From Escherichia coli (GTDB lineage: Bacteria; Pseudomonadota; Gammaproteobacteria; Enterobacterales; Enterobacteriaceae): a DNA stretch of 64,000 nucleotides. The notes beneath the pieces are model-generated. The model saw only the letters and a list, made by a program, of their open reading frames with translations, did no database searches and was not told the DNA's origin. Shown piece by piece: positions 1 to 11,392 of this stretch (positions within the stretch are counted from its first letter, which is position 1; each line of letters opens with the position of its first letter). Made by a program: the position numbers and the translations under genes. The stretch lies in assembly GCF_016903815.1 (NCBI RefSeq), contig NZ_CP069973.1; one strand, given 5' to 3'.

Positions 1-810
1 GGTTTTTACTGCGGGCTGGCGCTGTTTCTCATCATCACGCTGTTTCCATTTTTTGTGATGCTGATGACCTCGTTCAAGGGCGCGAAAGAGGCGATCTCAC
101 TGCATCCTACGCTGCTGCCGCAGCAGTGGACGCTGGAGCATTACGTCGACATTTTTAACCCGATGATTTTCCCGTTTGTCGACTACTTCCGTAACAGTCT
201 GGTGGTGTCGGTGGTTTCATCCGTGGTGGCGGTATTCCTCGGCATTCTTGGGGCTTACGCGCTTTCCCGCCTGCGCTTTAAAGGTCGGATGACCATCAAT
301 GCCAGCTTTTACACGGTGTATATGTTCTCTGGCATTTTGCTGGTGGTGCCGCTGTTCAAAATCATCACCGCGCTGGGCATTTACGACACCGAGATGGCGC
401 TGATCATCACCATGGTGACGCAAACTCTGCCCACCGCCGTGTTTATGCTGAAAAGCTACTTCGACACCATCCCCGATGAGATCGAAGAAGCGGCGATGAT
501 GGATGGCCTCAACCGTCTGCAAATTATCTTCCGCATCACCGTGCCGTTGGCGATGTCCGGGCTGATATCCGTGTTCGTCTACTGCTTTATGGTGGCGTGG
601 AACGACTATCTGTTTGCGTCGATTTTCCTCTCCAGCGCCAGCAATTTCACCTTACCGGTGGGCCTGAACGCGCTGTTCAGTACGCCAGATTACATCTGGG
701 GACGGATGATGGCGGCCTCACTGGTGACCGCATTGCCGGTGGTGATTATGTATGCGCTTTCGGAACGTTTTATTAAGAGTGGTTTGACCGCCGGTGGCGT
801 GAAGGGCTAA
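1..810 (+). CDS. ycjP: Sugar ABC transporter permease, C-terminal part; gene begins upstream of the window
   Basis: ORF open to window start, stop at 810; polytopic membrane protein with the permease EAA-loop region; followed by ycjQ as in K-12. Confidence 0.8.
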   Translation, partial: GFYCGLALFLIITLFPFFVMLMTSFKGAKEAISLHPTLLPQQWTLEHYVDIFNPMIFPFVDYFRNSLVVSVVSSVVAVFLGILGAYALSRLRFKGRMTINASFYTVYMFSGILLVVPLFKIITALGIYDTEMALIITMVTQTLPTAVFMLKSYFDTIPDEIEEAAMMDGLNRLQIIFRITVPLAMSGLISVFVYCFMVAWNDYLFASIFLSSASNFTLPVGLNALFSTPDYIWGRMMAASLVTALPVVIMYALSERFIKSGLTAGGVKG

Positions 811-840
811 AGCGGCCAGTTTCTTTACAAGGAGTTTTAA

Positions 841-1893
841 ATGAAAAAGTTAGTAGCCACAGCACCGCGTGTTGCTGCGCTGGTTGAGTATGAAGATCGG
901 GCGATTTTAGCCAATGAAGTGAAAATCCGCGTGCGTTTCGGCGCACCGAAACACGGAACGGAAGTGGTCGACTTCCGCGCCGCCAGCCCGTTTATCGATG
1001 AAGACTTTAACGGCGAATGGCAGATGTTCACTCCGCGTCCGGCAGATGCGCCGCGCGGCATTGAGTTTGGCAAATTCCAGCTTGGCAACATGGTGGTTGG
1101 CGACATTATCGAGTGCGGCAGCGACGTTACCGACTACGCGGTGGGCGACAGCGTATGCGGCTACGGCCCGCTCTCCGAGACGGTCATCATTAACGCGGTG
1201 AATAACTACAAGCTGCGCAAAATGCCGGAAGGCAGCTCGTGGAAAAACGCCGTTTGTTACGACCCGGCGCAGTTTGCCATGAGCGGCGTGCGCGATGCCA
1301 ACGTGCGCGTGGGTGATTTTGTGGTGGTGGTAGGGCTTGGCGCGATTGGTCAAATAGCCATCCAACTGGCGAAACGCGCTGGCGCGTCGGTGGTGATTGG
1401 CGTCGATCCTATCGCCTATCGCTGTGATATTGCCCGTCGCCACGGCGCGGATTTCTGCCTTAACCCCATTGGCACTGACGTAGGCAAAGAGATCAAAACG
1501 CTAACCGGCAAGCAGGGTGCCGATGTGATTATCGAAACCAGCGGCTATGCCGACGCGCTGCAATCGGCGCTACGAGGTCTGGCTTATGGCGGCACCATCT
1601 CCTATGTCGCGTTTGCCAAACCGTTTGCCGAAGGTTTTAACCTCGGACGCGAAGCGCATTTCAATAACGCAAAAATTGTCTTCTCCCGCGCGTGCAGCGA
1701 ACCGAACCCGGATTATCCGCGCTGGAGCCGCAAGCGTATCGAAGAAACCTGCTGGGAACTGCTGATGAACGGTTATCTCAATTGCGAAGATTTAATCGAC
1801 CCGGTGGTGACCTTTGCCAATAGCCCGGAAAGCTACATGCAGTATGTCGACCAGCATCCGGAACTGAGCATCAAAATGGGCGTCACGTTTTAA
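841..1893 (+). CDS. ycjQ: Zn-dependent (MDR-family) sugar dehydrogenase, D-guloside 3-dehydrogenase type
   Basis: 350 aa ORF; GLGAIG Rossmann motif; position in ycj cluster. Confidence 0.85.
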   Translation: MKKLVATAPRVAALVEYEDRAILANEVKIRVRFGAPKHGTEVVDFRAASPFIDEDFNGEWQMFTPRPADAPRGIEFGKFQLGNMVVGDIIECGSDVTDYAVGDSVCGYGPLSETVIINAVNNYKLRKMPEGSSWKNAVCYDPAQFAMSGVRDANVRVGDFVVVVGLGAIGQIAIQLAKRAGASVVIGVDPIAYRCDIARRHGADFCLNPIGTDVGKEIKTLTGKQGADVIIETSGYADALQSALRGLAYGGTISYVAFAKPFAEGFNLGREAHFNNAKIVFSRACSEPNPDYPRWSRKRIEETCWELLMNGYLNCEDLIDPVVTFANSPESYMQYVDQHPELSIKMGVTF

Positions 1894-1911
1894 TTCAAAG
1901 GAATGAAAAAA

Positions 1912-2700
1912 ATGAAAATCGGCACACAGAATCAGGCGTTCTTTCCGGAAAATATTCTGGAGAAATTTCGTTATATCAAAGAGATGGGCTTCGATGGTTT
2001 TGAGATTGACGGCAAACTTCTGGTCAACAACATCGAAGAAGTCAAAGCGGCGATCAAAGAAACCGGTTTACCGGTGACCACCGCCTGCGGCGGCTATGAC
2101 GGCTGGATTGGCGACTTTATCGAAGAGCGTCGTCTTAATGGCTTAAAGCAGATCGAACGCATTCTTGAAGCGCTGGCCGAAGTGGGCGGTAAAGGTATCG
2201 TCGTTCCGGCAGCGTGGGGCATGTTTACCTTCCGTTTACCGCCGATGGCCTCGCCGCGCAGCCTGGATGGCGACCGCAAAATGGTGAGTGATTCCCTGCG
2301 CGTACTGGAACAGGTGGCAGCGCGTACCGGAACCGTGGTGTACCTCGAACCGTTAAACCGCTATCAGGATCACATGATCAACACCCTCGCCGATGCTCGT
2401 CGTTACATCGTCGAAAACGATCTTAAACATGTACAGATTATCGGCGATTTCTATCACATGAATATCGAAGAAGATAACCTGGCGCAGGCGCTGCATGACA
2501 ACCGCGACCTGCTCGGTCATGTGCATATTGCAGATAACCATCGCTACCAGCCGGGCAGCGGCACCCTGGATTTCCACGCGCTGTTTGAACAGCTGCGCGC
2601 GGATAACTATCAGGGCTATGTGGTGTACGAAGGGCGTATCCGGGCAGAAGATCCTGCCCAGGCGTACCGTGATTCTTTGGCCTGGTTGCGTACCTGCTAA
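1912..2700 (+). CDS. ycjR: Sugar-phosphate isomerase/epimerase (TIM barrel), 3-keto-guloside epimerase type
   Basis: ORF 1903-2700; second ATG at 1912 has AAGGAA 8 nt upstream, giving 262 aa. Confidence 0.8.
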   Translation: MKIGTQNQAFFPENILEKFRYIKEMGFDGFEIDGKLLVNNIEEVKAAIKETGLPVTTACGGYDGWIGDFIEERRLNGLKQIERILEALAEVGGKGIVVPAAWGMFTFRLPPMASPRSLDGDRKMVSDSLRVLEQVAARTGTVVYLEPLNRYQDHMINTLADARRYIVENDLKHVQIIGDFYHMNIEEDNLAQALHDNRDLLGHVHIADNHRYQPGSGTLDFHALFEQLRADNYQGYVVYEGRIRAEDPAQAYRDSLAWLRTC

Positions 2701-2709
2701 GAGGTCTTT

Positions 2710-3765
2710 GTGAAAAGTGCAATGACAAGCTCTCCGCTGCGGGTCGCGATCATAGGCGCGGGCCAGGTGGCGGATAAGGTTCATGCTTCGTACTACTGCA
2801 CCCGCAACGATCTGGAACTGGTGGCTGTCTGTGACAGCCGCCTTTCCCAGGCGCAGGCGCTGGCAGAAAAATACGGGAATGCATCCGTGTGGGACGATCC
2901 GCAGGCCATGCTGCTGGCGGTGAAACCTGATGTGGTTAGCGTCTGCTCACCTAACCGTTTTCATTACGAACATACCCTGATGGCGCTGGAAGCGGGCTGC
3001 CATGTGATGTGCGAAAAACCGCCCGCCATGACGCCAGAACAGGCGCGGGAAATGTGCGATACCGCGCGCAAACAGGGCAAGGTGCTGGCCTACGACTTTC
3101 ACCATCGTTTTGCGCTCGATACGCAACAGCTGCGTGAACAGGTGACCAACGGCGTTTTGGGAGAGATTTACGTTACCACCGCCCGCGCCCTGCGTCGTTG
3201 CGGTGTTCCCGGCTGGGGTGTCTTTACCAATAAAGAATTGCAGGGCGGTGGCCCGCTGATCGACATCGGCATTCATATGCTGGATGCGGCGATGTATGTG
3301 CTGGGTTTTCCAGCGGTGAAAAGCGTGACTGCGCATAGCTTTCAAAAGATCGGCACGCAAAAGAGCTGCGGTCAATTTGGCGAGTGGGACCCGGCAACTT
3401 ACAGCGTCGAAGATTCGCTGTTTGGCACCATTGAATTTCATAACGGCGGCATTCTGTGGCTGGAAACGTCATTTGCACTCAACATCCGCGAACAGTCGAT
3501 TATGAACGTCAGCTTTTGTGGCGATAAAGCAGGGGCGACGCTGTTTCCGGCGCATATCTATACCGATAACAACGGTGAGTTAATGACGCTGATGCAACGG
3601 GAAATGGCAGACGACAACCGCCATTTGCGCAGTATGGAAGCCTTTATCAATCACGTACAGGGCAAGCCCGTGATGATAGCCGACGCCGAGCAGGGGTACA
3701 TCATCCAGCAACTGGTGGCGGCGTTGTATCAATCCGCAGAAACAGGGACGCGTGTGGAATTATGA
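2710..3765 (+). CDS. ycjS: Gfo/Idh/MocA-family oxidoreductase, D-glucoside 3-dehydrogenase type
   Basis: 351 aa ORF; N-terminal IIGAG Rossmann motif; GTG start; 4 nt overlap with ycjT. Confidence 0.85.
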   Translation: MKSAMTSSPLRVAIIGAGQVADKVHASYYCTRNDLELVAVCDSRLSQAQALAEKYGNASVWDDPQAMLLAVKPDVVSVCSPNRFHYEHTLMALEAGCHVMCEKPPAMTPEQAREMCDTARKQGKVLAYDFHHRFALDTQQLREQVTNGVLGEIYVTTARALRRCGVPGWGVFTNKELQGGGPLIDIGIHMLDAAMYVLGFPAVKSVTAHSFQKIGTQKSCGQFGEWDPATYSVEDSLFGTIEFHNGGILWLETSFALNIREQSIMNVSFCGDKAGATLFPAHIYTDNNGELMTLMQREMADDNRHLRSMEAFINHVQGKPVMIADAEQGYIIQQLVAALYQSAETGTRVEL

Positions 3766-6029
3766 CCAGGCCAGTAACGTTATCAGAACCCCATTTCAGC
3801 CAGCATACACTGAACAAATATGCTTCACTGATGGCGCAGGGGAACGGCTATCTTGGGCTTCGCGCCAGCCATGAAGAAGATTACACGCGCCAGACCCGTG
3901 GGATGTATCTGGCGGGGCTGTATCATCGGGCGGGTAAGGGTGAAATCAACGAACTGGTGAACCTGCCTGATGTCGTGGGGATGGAGATTGCCATAAATGG
4001 TGAGGTTTTTGCGTTATCCCGCGAAACATGGCAGCGTGAGCTTGACTTTGCCAGTGGCGAATTACGCCGCAACGTTGTCTGGTGTACCAGTAACGGCGCG
4101 CGTTACACAATCGTCAGCCGTCGCTTTGTTTCGGCAGACCAACTGCCGCTGATTGCGCTGGAAATCACTATTACTCCGCTGGACGCTGACGCGTCAGTGC
4201 TGATTTCAACAGGCATTGACGCCACGCAAACCAACCACGGACGACAACATCTCGACGAAACCCAGGTGCGGGTGTTTGGTCAGCATTTGATGCAGGGGAT
4301 CTATACCACTCAGGATGGACGCAGTGATGTGGCCATCAGCTGTTGCTGTAAGGTGAGCGGTGATGTGCAGCAATGCTATACCGCCAAAGAGCGCCGCTTG
4401 CTGCAACATACCAGTGCGCAACTTCACGCAGGCGAAACGCTGACGCTGCAAAAACTGGTGTGGTTCGACTGGCGGGACGACAGACACGTCGCTTTAGACG
4501 AGTGGGGCAGTGCATCGCTTCGTCAGCTTGAAATGTGTGTACAGCAGAGTTACGACCAACTTCTTGCAGCATCCACAGAAAACTGGCGTCAATGGTGGCA
4601 GAAACGTCGTATCACGGTAAAGAGTAACGATGAGCACAATCAGCAGGCGTTAGATTATGCGCTTTATCATCTGCGCATCATGACGCCTGCTCACGACGAG
4701 CGCAGCAGTATTGCGGCAAAAGGTTTGACCGGGGAAGGCTACAAAGGCCACGTTTTCTGGGATACAGAAGTATTTTTGCTACCGTTTCATCTGTTTAGCG
4801 ATCCGACGGTTGCCCGAAGTTTACTGCGTTATCGCTGGCACAACTTGCCAGGCGCGCAGGAGAAAGCGCGACGCAACGGCTGGCAGGGCGCGCTATTTCC
4901 GTGGGAAAGCGCGCGCAGCGGCGAAGAAGAGACGCCGGAATTTGCCGCCATTAACATTCGCACCGGGCTGCGGCAAAAAGTGGCCTCGGCGCAGGCGGAA
5001 CATCATCTGGTCGCCGATATCGCCTGGGCGGTTGTTCAATACTGGCAGACCACGGGGGATGAAAGTTTCATTGCTCATGAAGGCATGGCGCTACTTCTGG
5101 AAACTGCAAAGTTCTGGATTAGCCGCACGGTGAGGGTTAACGACCGTCTGGAAATTCATGATGTTATTGGGCCAGACGAATATACCGAACATGTCAATAA
5201 TAACGCCTTCACCAGCTATATGGCGTATTACAACGTCCAGCAGGCGCTGAACATCGCTCGTCAATTTGGCTGTAGCGACGATGCGTTTATCCATCGCGCC
5301 GAAATGTTCCTTAAAGAACTGCGGCTGCCAGAAATTCAGCCCGACGGCGTTTTGCCGCAGGATGATTCGTTTATGGCGAAACCAGCGATTAATCTGGCGA
5401 AATACAAAGCGGCGGCGGGGAAGCAAACCATTCTGCTGGATTATTCACGCGCAGAAGTGAACGAGATGCAGATCCTCAAACAAGCTGATGTGGTGATGCT
5501 CAATTACATGCTGCCGGAGCAGTACTCAGCGGCATCGTGTCTTGCCAATCTGCAATTTTATGAACCGCGCACCATTTACGACTCTTCACTGAGTAAAGCG
5601 ATCCACGACATTGTTGCCGCACGCTGTGGCCTGTTGGCGCAAAGTTATCAGTTCTGGCGGGAGGGGACTGAAATCGATCTCGGTGCTGACCCGCATAGCT
5701 GCGACGACGGTATCCATGCTGCCGCAACTGGCGCTATCTGGCTGGGGGCGATTCAGGGTTTTGCCGGGGTGAGCGTGCGTGACGGTGAATTAAATTTGAA
5801 TCCGGCGTTACCTGTGCAGTGGCAACAGTTGTCTTTCCCTCTGTTCTGGCAGGGCTGCGAATTACAGGTCACTCTCGACGCGCAGCGTATTGCGATTCGA
5901 ACTTCTGCGCCCGTTTCACTGCGTTTGAACGGGCAGCTTATATCTGTGGCTGAAGAATCTGTTTTCTGTTTGGGTGATTTTATTTTGCCCTTCAATGGGA
6001 CCGCTACCACGCATCAGGAGGATGAATGA
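3762..6029 (+). CDS. ycjT: GH65 disaccharide (kojibiose) phosphorylase
   Basis: 755 aa ORF; size and context of K-12 YcjT; overlaps ycjU start. Confidence 0.85.
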   Translation: MTRPVTLSEPHFSQHTLNKYASLMAQGNGYLGLRASHEEDYTRQTRGMYLAGLYHRAGKGEINELVNLPDVVGMEIAINGEVFALSRETWQRELDFASGELRRNVVWCTSNGARYTIVSRRFVSADQLPLIALEITITPLDADASVLISTGIDATQTNHGRQHLDETQVRVFGQHLMQGIYTTQDGRSDVAISCCCKVSGDVQQCYTAKERRLLQHTSAQLHAGETLTLQKLVWFDWRDDRHVALDEWGSASLRQLEMCVQQSYDQLLAASTENWRQWWQKRRITVKSNDEHNQQALDYALYHLRIMTPAHDERSSIAAKGLTGEGYKGHVFWDTEVFLLPFHLFSDPTVARSLLRYRWHNLPGAQEKARRNGWQGALFPWESARSGEEETPEFAAINIRTGLRQKVASAQAEHHLVADIAWAVVQYWQTTGDESFIAHEGMALLLETAKFWISRTVRVNDRLEIHDVIGPDEYTEHVNNNAFTSYMAYYNVQQALNIARQFGCSDDAFIHRAEMFLKELRLPEIQPDGVLPQDDSFMAKPAINLAKYKAAAGKQTILLDYSRAEVNEMQILKQADVVMLNYMLPEQYSAASCLANLQFYEPRTIYDSSLSKAIHDIVAARCGLLAQSYQFWREGTEIDLGADPHSCDDGIHAAATGAIWLGAIQGFAGVSVRDGELNLNPALPVQWQQLSFPLFWQGCELQVTLDAQRIAIRTSAPVSLRLNGQLISVAEESVFCLGDFILPFNGTATTHQEDE

Positions 6030-6685
6030 AACTGCAAGGGGTAATTTTCGATCTGGATGGTGTAATCACCGATACCGCGCATCTGCATTTCAAGGCGTGG
6101 CAGCAGATTGCCGCTGAAATTGGCATCAGCATTGATGCGCAGTTTAACGAATCCCTAAAAGGGATCAGCCGCGATGAGTCTCTGCGACGCATTCTGCAAC
6201 ACGGGGGCAAAGAGGGCGACTTTAACCCGCAGGAAAGGGCGCAACTGGCGTATCGCAAAAATCTGCTCTACGTCCACTCACTGCGCGAACTGACGGTTAA
6301 TGCTGTGCTGCCCGGCATTCGCTCTTTGCTGACAGATCTCTGCGCACAGCAGATCCCTATAGGGCTGGCTTCTGTCTCCCTGAATGCGCCGACGATTTTA
6401 GCAGCGCTGGAGCTGCGCGAGTTTTTCACCTTCTGCGCGGACGCTTCCCAACTTAAAAACTCGAAACCGGACCCGGAAATCTTTCTCGCCGCCTGTGCCG
6501 GACTGGGCGTGCCGCCGCAGGCATGTATCGGTATTGAAGATGCGCAGGCGGGCATTGACGCCATTAACGCCAGCGGTATGCGCTCGGTGGGGATCGGCGC
6601 GGGCTTAACCGGGGCGCAATTATTGTTGCCCTCAACGGACTCCCTGACCTGGCCGCGGTTATCGGCCTTCTGGCAAAACGTATAG
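6026..6685 (+). CDS. ycjU: Beta-phosphoglucomutase (HAD superfamily)
   Basis: 219 aa; N-terminal [12 protein letters not shown] motif. Confidence 0.9.
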   Translation: MKLQGVIFDLDGVITDTAHLHFKAWQQIAAEIGISIDAQFNESLKGISRDESLRRILQHGGKEGDFNPQERAQLAYRKNLLYVHSLRELTVNAVLPGIRSLLTDLCAQQIPIGLASVSLNAPTILAALELREFFTFCADASQLKNSKPDPEIFLAACAGLGVPPQACIGIEDAQAGIDAINASGMRSVGIGAGLTGAQLLLPSTDSLTWPRLSAFWQNV

Positions 6686-6698
6686 CAAAGGAATCAAC

Positions 6699-7781
6699 AT
6701 GGCTCAGCTTTCGTTACAACATATTCAAAAAATCTACGATAACCAGGTGCATGTGGTGAAGGACTTCAACCTGGAAATTGCCGATAAAGAGTTCATTGTC
6801 TTTGTCGGTCCGTCAGGCTGCGGTAAATCGACCACCCTGCGCATGATTGCCGGGCTTGAGGAGATCAGCGGCGGCGATCTGTTGATCGACGGCAAACGAA
6901 TGAATGACGTTCCAGCCAAAGCGCGCAATATTGCGATGGTGTTCCAGAACTACGCGCTGTATCCGCATATGACGGTCTACGACAACATGGCGTTTGGCCT
7001 GAAGATGCAAAAAATCGCCAAAGAGGTGATTGATGAGCGGGTGAACTGGGCGGCGCAAATTCTCGGCCTGCGTGAGTACCTGAAACGCAAGCCGGGGGCT
7101 CTTTCTGGCGGGCAACGCCAGCGTGTGGCGCTCGGGCGGGCGATTGTGCGTGAAGCGGGCGTGTTTTTAATGGATGAACCGCTCTCTAACCTTGATGCCA
7201 AGCTGCGCGTACAAATGCGCGCAGAGATCAGCAAGCTGCATCAGAAACTGAACACCACCATGATCTACGTGACCCACGATCAGACCGAAGCGATGACCAT
7301 GGCGACGCGGATTGTGATTATGAAGGATGGGATTGTTCAGCAAGTAGGTGCGCCGAAAACGGTTTATAACCAACCCGCGAATATGTTTGTTGCCGGATTT
7401 ATTGGATCACCGGCGATGAATTTTATTCGCGGCACGATCGATGGCGATAAATTCGTTACTGAAACGCTTAAATTAACCATTCCCGAAGAGAAATTAGCGG
7501 TTCTGAAAACACAGGAAAGTTTGCATAAGCCCATCGTGATGGGAATACGCCCGGAAGATATTCATCCGGACGCGCAAGAGGAAAATAACATTTCCGCCAA
7601 AATTAGCGTGGCAGAATTAACCGGTGCGGAATTTATGCTCTACACCACGGTTGGGGGGCACGAGTTAGTGGTCCGTGCTGGTGCGTTAAATGATTATCAT
7701 GCAGGAGAAAATATCACTATTCATTTTGATATGACTAAATGTCATTTCTTTGATGCAGAAACGGAAATAGCAATTCGCTAA
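6699..7781 (+). CDS. ycjV: MalK-like sugar ABC transporter ATP-binding protein, apparently intact here
   Basis: 360 aa; Walker A GPSGCGKST, LSGGQRQR signature, Walker B; full MalK-like C-terminal domain. Confidence 0.85.
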   Translation: MAQLSLQHIQKIYDNQVHVVKDFNLEIADKEFIVFVGPSGCGKSTTLRMIAGLEEISGGDLLIDGKRMNDVPAKARNIAMVFQNYALYPHMTVYDNMAFGLKMQKIAKEVIDERVNWAAQILGLREYLKRKPGALSGGQRQRVALGRAIVREAGVFLMDEPLSNLDAKLRVQMRAEISKLHQKLNTTMIYVTHDQTEAMTMATRIVIMKDGIVQQVGAPKTVYNQPANMFVAGFIGSPAMNFIRGTIDGDKFVTETLKLTIPEEKLAVLKTQESLHKPIVMGIRPEDIHPDAQEENNISAKISVAELTGAEFMLYTTVGGHELVVRAGALNDYHAGENITIHFDMTKCHFFDAETEIAIR

Positions 7782-7825
7782 ATACAGGGGGAAGGCATTC
7801 CCCCAGGATAATACAAGGAACAATA

Positions 7826-8731
7826 ATGAAAAAGTTATTACCCTGTACCGCACTGGTGATGTGTGCGGGAATGGCCTGCGCACAGGCCGAGGAAAAGAAC
7901 GACTGGCACTTTAATATCGGCGCGATGTACGAAATAGAAAACGTCGAGGGTTATGGCGAAGATATGGATGGGCTCGCGGAGCCTTCTGTCTATTTTAATG
8001 CCGCCAACGGGCCGTGGAGAATTTCTCTGGCTTATTATCAGGAAGGGCCGGTAGATTATAGCGCGGGTAAACGTGGAACATGGTTTGATCGCCCGGAGCT
8101 GGAGGTGCATTATCAGTTCCTCGAAAGCGATGATTTCAGTTTCGGCCTGACCGGCGGTTTTCGTAATTATGGTTATCACTACGTTGATGAACCGGGTAAA
8201 GACACGGCGAATATGCAGCGCTGGAAAATCGCGCCAGACTGGGATGTGAAACTGACTGACGATTTACGTTTCAACGGTTGGTTATCGATGTATAAATTTG
8301 CCAACGATCTGAACACGACCGGTTACGCTGATACCCGAGTCGAAACGGAAACAGGTCTGCAATATACCTTCAACGAAACGGTTGCTTTGCGAGTGAACTA
8401 TTATCTCGAGCGCGGCTTCAATATGGACGACAGCCGCAATAACGGTGAGTTTTCCACGCAAGAAATTCGTGCCTATTTGCCGCTGACGCTCGGCAACCAC
8501 TCGGTGACGCCGTATACGCGCATTGGGCTGGATCGCTGGAGTAACTGGGACTGGCAGGATGATATTGAACGTGAAGGCCATGATTTTAACCGTGTGGGGT
8601 TATTTTACGGTTATGATTTCCAGAATGGTCTTTCCGTTTCGCTGGAATACGCGTTTGAGTGGCAGGATCACGACGAAGGCGACAGCGATAAATTCCATTA
8701 TGCAGGTGTCGGCGTAAATTACTCGTTCTGA
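7826..8731 (+). CDS. ompG: Outer membrane porin G
   Basis: 301 aa; signal peptide; beta-barrel alternating pattern; C-terminal aromatic residue. Confidence 0.9.
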   Translation: MKKLLPCTALVMCAGMACAQAEEKNDWHFNIGAMYEIENVEGYGEDMDGLAEPSVYFNAANGPWRISLAYYQEGPVDYSAGKRGTWFDRPELEVHYQFLESDDFSFGLTGGFRNYGYHYVDEPGKDTANMQRWKIAPDWDVKLTDDLRFNGWLSMYKFANDLNTTGYADTRVETETGLQYTFNETVALRVNYYLERGFNMDDSRNNGEFSTQEIRAYLPLTLGNHSVTPYTRIGLDRWSNWDWQDDIEREGHDFNRVGLFYGYDFQNGLSVSLEYAFEWQDHDEGDSDKFHYAGVGVNYSF

Positions 8732-8744
8732 TAATGGGTTAAAT

Positions 8745-8820
8745 TGCCGGATGCGGCGCGAGTACTTTATCCGATCTATAAATGTAGGCCGGATAAGATG
8801 CGCTAGCATCGCATCCGGCA
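8745..8820. repeat. REP/BIME-type extragenic palindromes between convergent ompG and ycjW
   Basis: GCCGGATGCG ... CGCATCCGGC inverted motifs. Confidence 0.6.
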
Positions 8821-8841
8821 TTCAGGCAAGGTAGCTGGTAT

Positions 8842-9840
8842 TTATTTCAGCGTCATATGCGTGGCAACGGTAATATTCTGTGGTGACGGTTTTCCAGAAA
8901 TTAAGCGGAATAATAACTCGCAGCTTTGTTGCCCTAACTCCTGCGTCGGAACATCGATGCCGCCCGGTGCAGGCGTTAAAATAAATGACAGCGTTTCATT
9001 GCTATAACCCACCACCGCTAACTGCTGCGGAATAGCAATATTTTTCTCTGCTGCCGCACGATAAATGCTCATTAATTTCAGGCTGTCAGTGGCAAATACG
9101 GCTTCTGGCAACGGCGACTGGCTTAATAATTGCCGTGCGGCTTGCAAGGCTGTTTCATGGGTATAACCGCCGTCAACAATCCATTCATCACGCACTGCAA
9201 TATTATGCGCAGCCAGACTTTGCTTATAGCCATTAACGCGGTCAACCGAAACATGGACATCAAGCGGAGCATGCAGGCAGGCAATATTTTGATGCCCACT
9301 TTCAATTAACGCATCGGTCAACGCAATGCTGTCGCCAAAATTATCGGTATCGACAGAATAAACATGGGCATATTGACCTTCAACTTTGCCAATTACCACC
9401 ACCGGAATATCATATTTATCGAGTTGGGCAAAAAATGACTCATCCGCTGGCGAACTTAGCATAATAATGCCTTTAATCATTTTCTGCTTAATTTTGCTTT
9501 CGCATTTTTGTAAGTCTTCTGCCAGGTTGTGCGACGTCTGCAATATCACGTCGAAACCTTCTTCTTCAGCTTTGGCGGTGATGGCATGTAAAACTTCCGA
9601 GAAAAACGGATTACCCGCCGTAGTTTTGGTCGAACGGGTAGAAATCACCATAATGGCATCAAAACCCGAAGAGGTCAGCGCGCGTGCCAGCTTGTTTGGT
9701 TGATACTGTAATTCTTCAATGGCCCGTAACACTTTTTCGCGCGCTTCCGGGGAGATATTGGTTTGCTTATTCAGCACGCGTGATACGGTGGATTTTGATA
9801 CGCCTGCAACCCTGGCAATATCATAAATAGTAGGGGACAT
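8842..9840 (-). CDS. ycjW: LacI-family transcriptional repressor
   Basis: 332 aa; N-terminal HTH ([21 protein letters not shown]) plus periplasmic-binding-like fold. Confidence 0.9.
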   Translation of the reverse strand: MSPTIYDIARVAGVSKSTVSRVLNKQTNISPEAREKVLRAIEELQYQPNKLARALTSSGFDAIMVISTRSTKTTAGNPFFSEVLHAITAKAEEEGFDVILQTSHNLAEDLQKCESKIKQKMIKGIIMLSSPADESFFAQLDKYDIPVVVIGKVEGQYAHVYSVDTDNFGDSIALTDALIESGHQNIACLHAPLDVHVSVDRVNGYKQSLAAHNIAVRDEWIVDGGYTHETALQAARQLLSQSPLPEAVFATDSLKLMSIYRAAAEKNIAIPQQLAVVGYSNETLSFILTPAPGGIDVPTQELGQQSCELLFRLISGKPSPQNITVATHMTLK

Positions 9841-9994
9841 AGGTCAGGAACTCCGTCCGAACGTGAATGTTGCACATCTTATGGAGTTCGCCCGTCGATG
9901 ACAACACGGGCAGTTGATAATCAATGGCCTGGCCCCCACATTCATATCCTTACGAATGATTTTTTTCTGGTCTTCAGAGCAGCACAGGACAGCA

Positions 9995-11392
9995 ATGAAG
10001 CGACTTAAAAATGAACTTAATGCGCTGGTGAATCGGGGTGTCGACAGACATCTGCGCCTCGCTGTAACCGGACTTAGCCGCAGCGGCAAAACAGCGTTTA
10101 TCACCGCGATGGTTAATCAGTTGCTCAATATTCATGCCGGAGCACGTTTGCCGCTTTTAAGTGCGGTGCGTGAAGAGCGCCTGCTGGGCGTAAAACGCAT
10201 TCCCCAGCGTGACTTTGGCATTCCGCGCTTCACCTATGATGAAGGGTTGGCGCAGTTATATGGCGATCCTCCCGCCTGGCCGACGCCTACGCGCGGCGTC
10301 AGTGAAATTCGCCTGGCGTTACGTTTTAAATCGAACGATTCGCTGCTACGCCACTTTAAGGACACCTCCACGCTGTATCTGGAAATTGTGGATTACCCCG
10401 GCGAATGGTTGCTCGACCTGCCGATGCTGGCGCAGGACTATTTAAGCTGGTCGCGCCAGATGACGGGCTTACTCAATGGTCAGCGCGGCGAATGGTCGGC
10501 GAAATGGCGAATGATGTGCGAAGGGCTGGACCCGCTAGCGCCTGCCGACGAAAACCGGCTGGCAGACATTGCCGCCGCCTGGACCGAGTATCTCCACCAC
10601 TGCAAACAGCAGGGGTTGCACTTTATTCAGCCTGGGCGCTTTGTCTTGCCGGGAGATATGGCAGGAGCACCCGCGCTGCAATTCTTCCCGTGGCCGGATG
10701 TCGATGCCTGGGGCGAGTCCAAACTGGCGCAGGCCGATAAGCATACCAATGCCGGAATGCTGCGCGAGCGGTTTAATTATTACTGCGAGAAAGTGGTGAA
10801 GGGGTTCTATAAGAATCATTTTCTGCGCTTTGACCGCCAGATTGTGCTGGTGGATTGCCTGCAGCCTCTCAACAGTGGGCCACAGGCATTTAATGATATG
10901 CGTCTGGCGCTGACGCAGCTGATGCAAAGTTTCCACTACGGGCAGCGAACCCTGTTCCGGCGTTTGTTTTCGCCGGTTATCGATAAGCTATTGTTTGCTG
11001 CTACTAAAGCAGACCATGTGACCATCGATCAGCACGCCAATATGGTTTCATTACTGCAACAACTAATTCAGGATGCCTGGCAAAATGCGGCGTTCGAAGG
11101 GATCAGCATGGATTGCCTGGGGCTGGCGTCAGTTCAGGCGACCACCAGCGGCATTATTGATGTTAACGGTGAGAAAATCCCGGCGCTGCGCGGTAATCGA
11201 CTCAGCGATGGCGCACCGCTCACTGTTTATCCTGGCGAAGTTCCCGCACGTTTGCCTGGTCAGGCGTTCTGGGATAAGCAAGGCTTCCAGTTTGAGGCGT
11301 TTCGTCCGCAGGTGATGGATGTCGACAAACCGCTGCCGCATATTCGTCTTGATGCTGCGCTGGAATTTTTAATAGGAGATAAATTGCGATGA
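9995..11392 (+). CDS. ycjX: YcjX-family P-loop NTPase (DUF463)
   Basis: ORF 9914-11392; start at MKRLKNEL gives 465 aa; Walker A GLSRSGKT; 4 nt overlap with ycjF. Confidence 0.8.
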   Translation: MKRLKNELNALVNRGVDRHLRLAVTGLSRSGKTAFITAMVNQLLNIHAGARLPLLSAVREERLLGVKRIPQRDFGIPRFTYDEGLAQLYGDPPAWPTPTRGVSEIRLALRFKSNDSLLRHFKDTSTLYLEIVDYPGEWLLDLPMLAQDYLSWSRQMTGLLNGQRGEWSAKWRMMCEGLDPLAPADENRLADIAAAWTEYLHHCKQQGLHFIQPGRFVLPGDMAGAPALQFFPWPDVDAWGESKLAQADKHTNAGMLRERFNYYCEKVVKGFYKNHFLRFDRQIVLVDCLQPLNSGPQAFNDMRLALTQLMQSFHYGQRTLFRRLFSPVIDKLLFAATKADHVTIDQHANMVSLLQQLIQDAWQNAAFEGISMDCLGLASVQATTSGIIDVNGEKIPALRGNRLSDGAPLTVYPGEVPARLPGQAFWDKQGFQFEAFRPQVMDVDKPLPHIRLDAALEFLIGDKLR

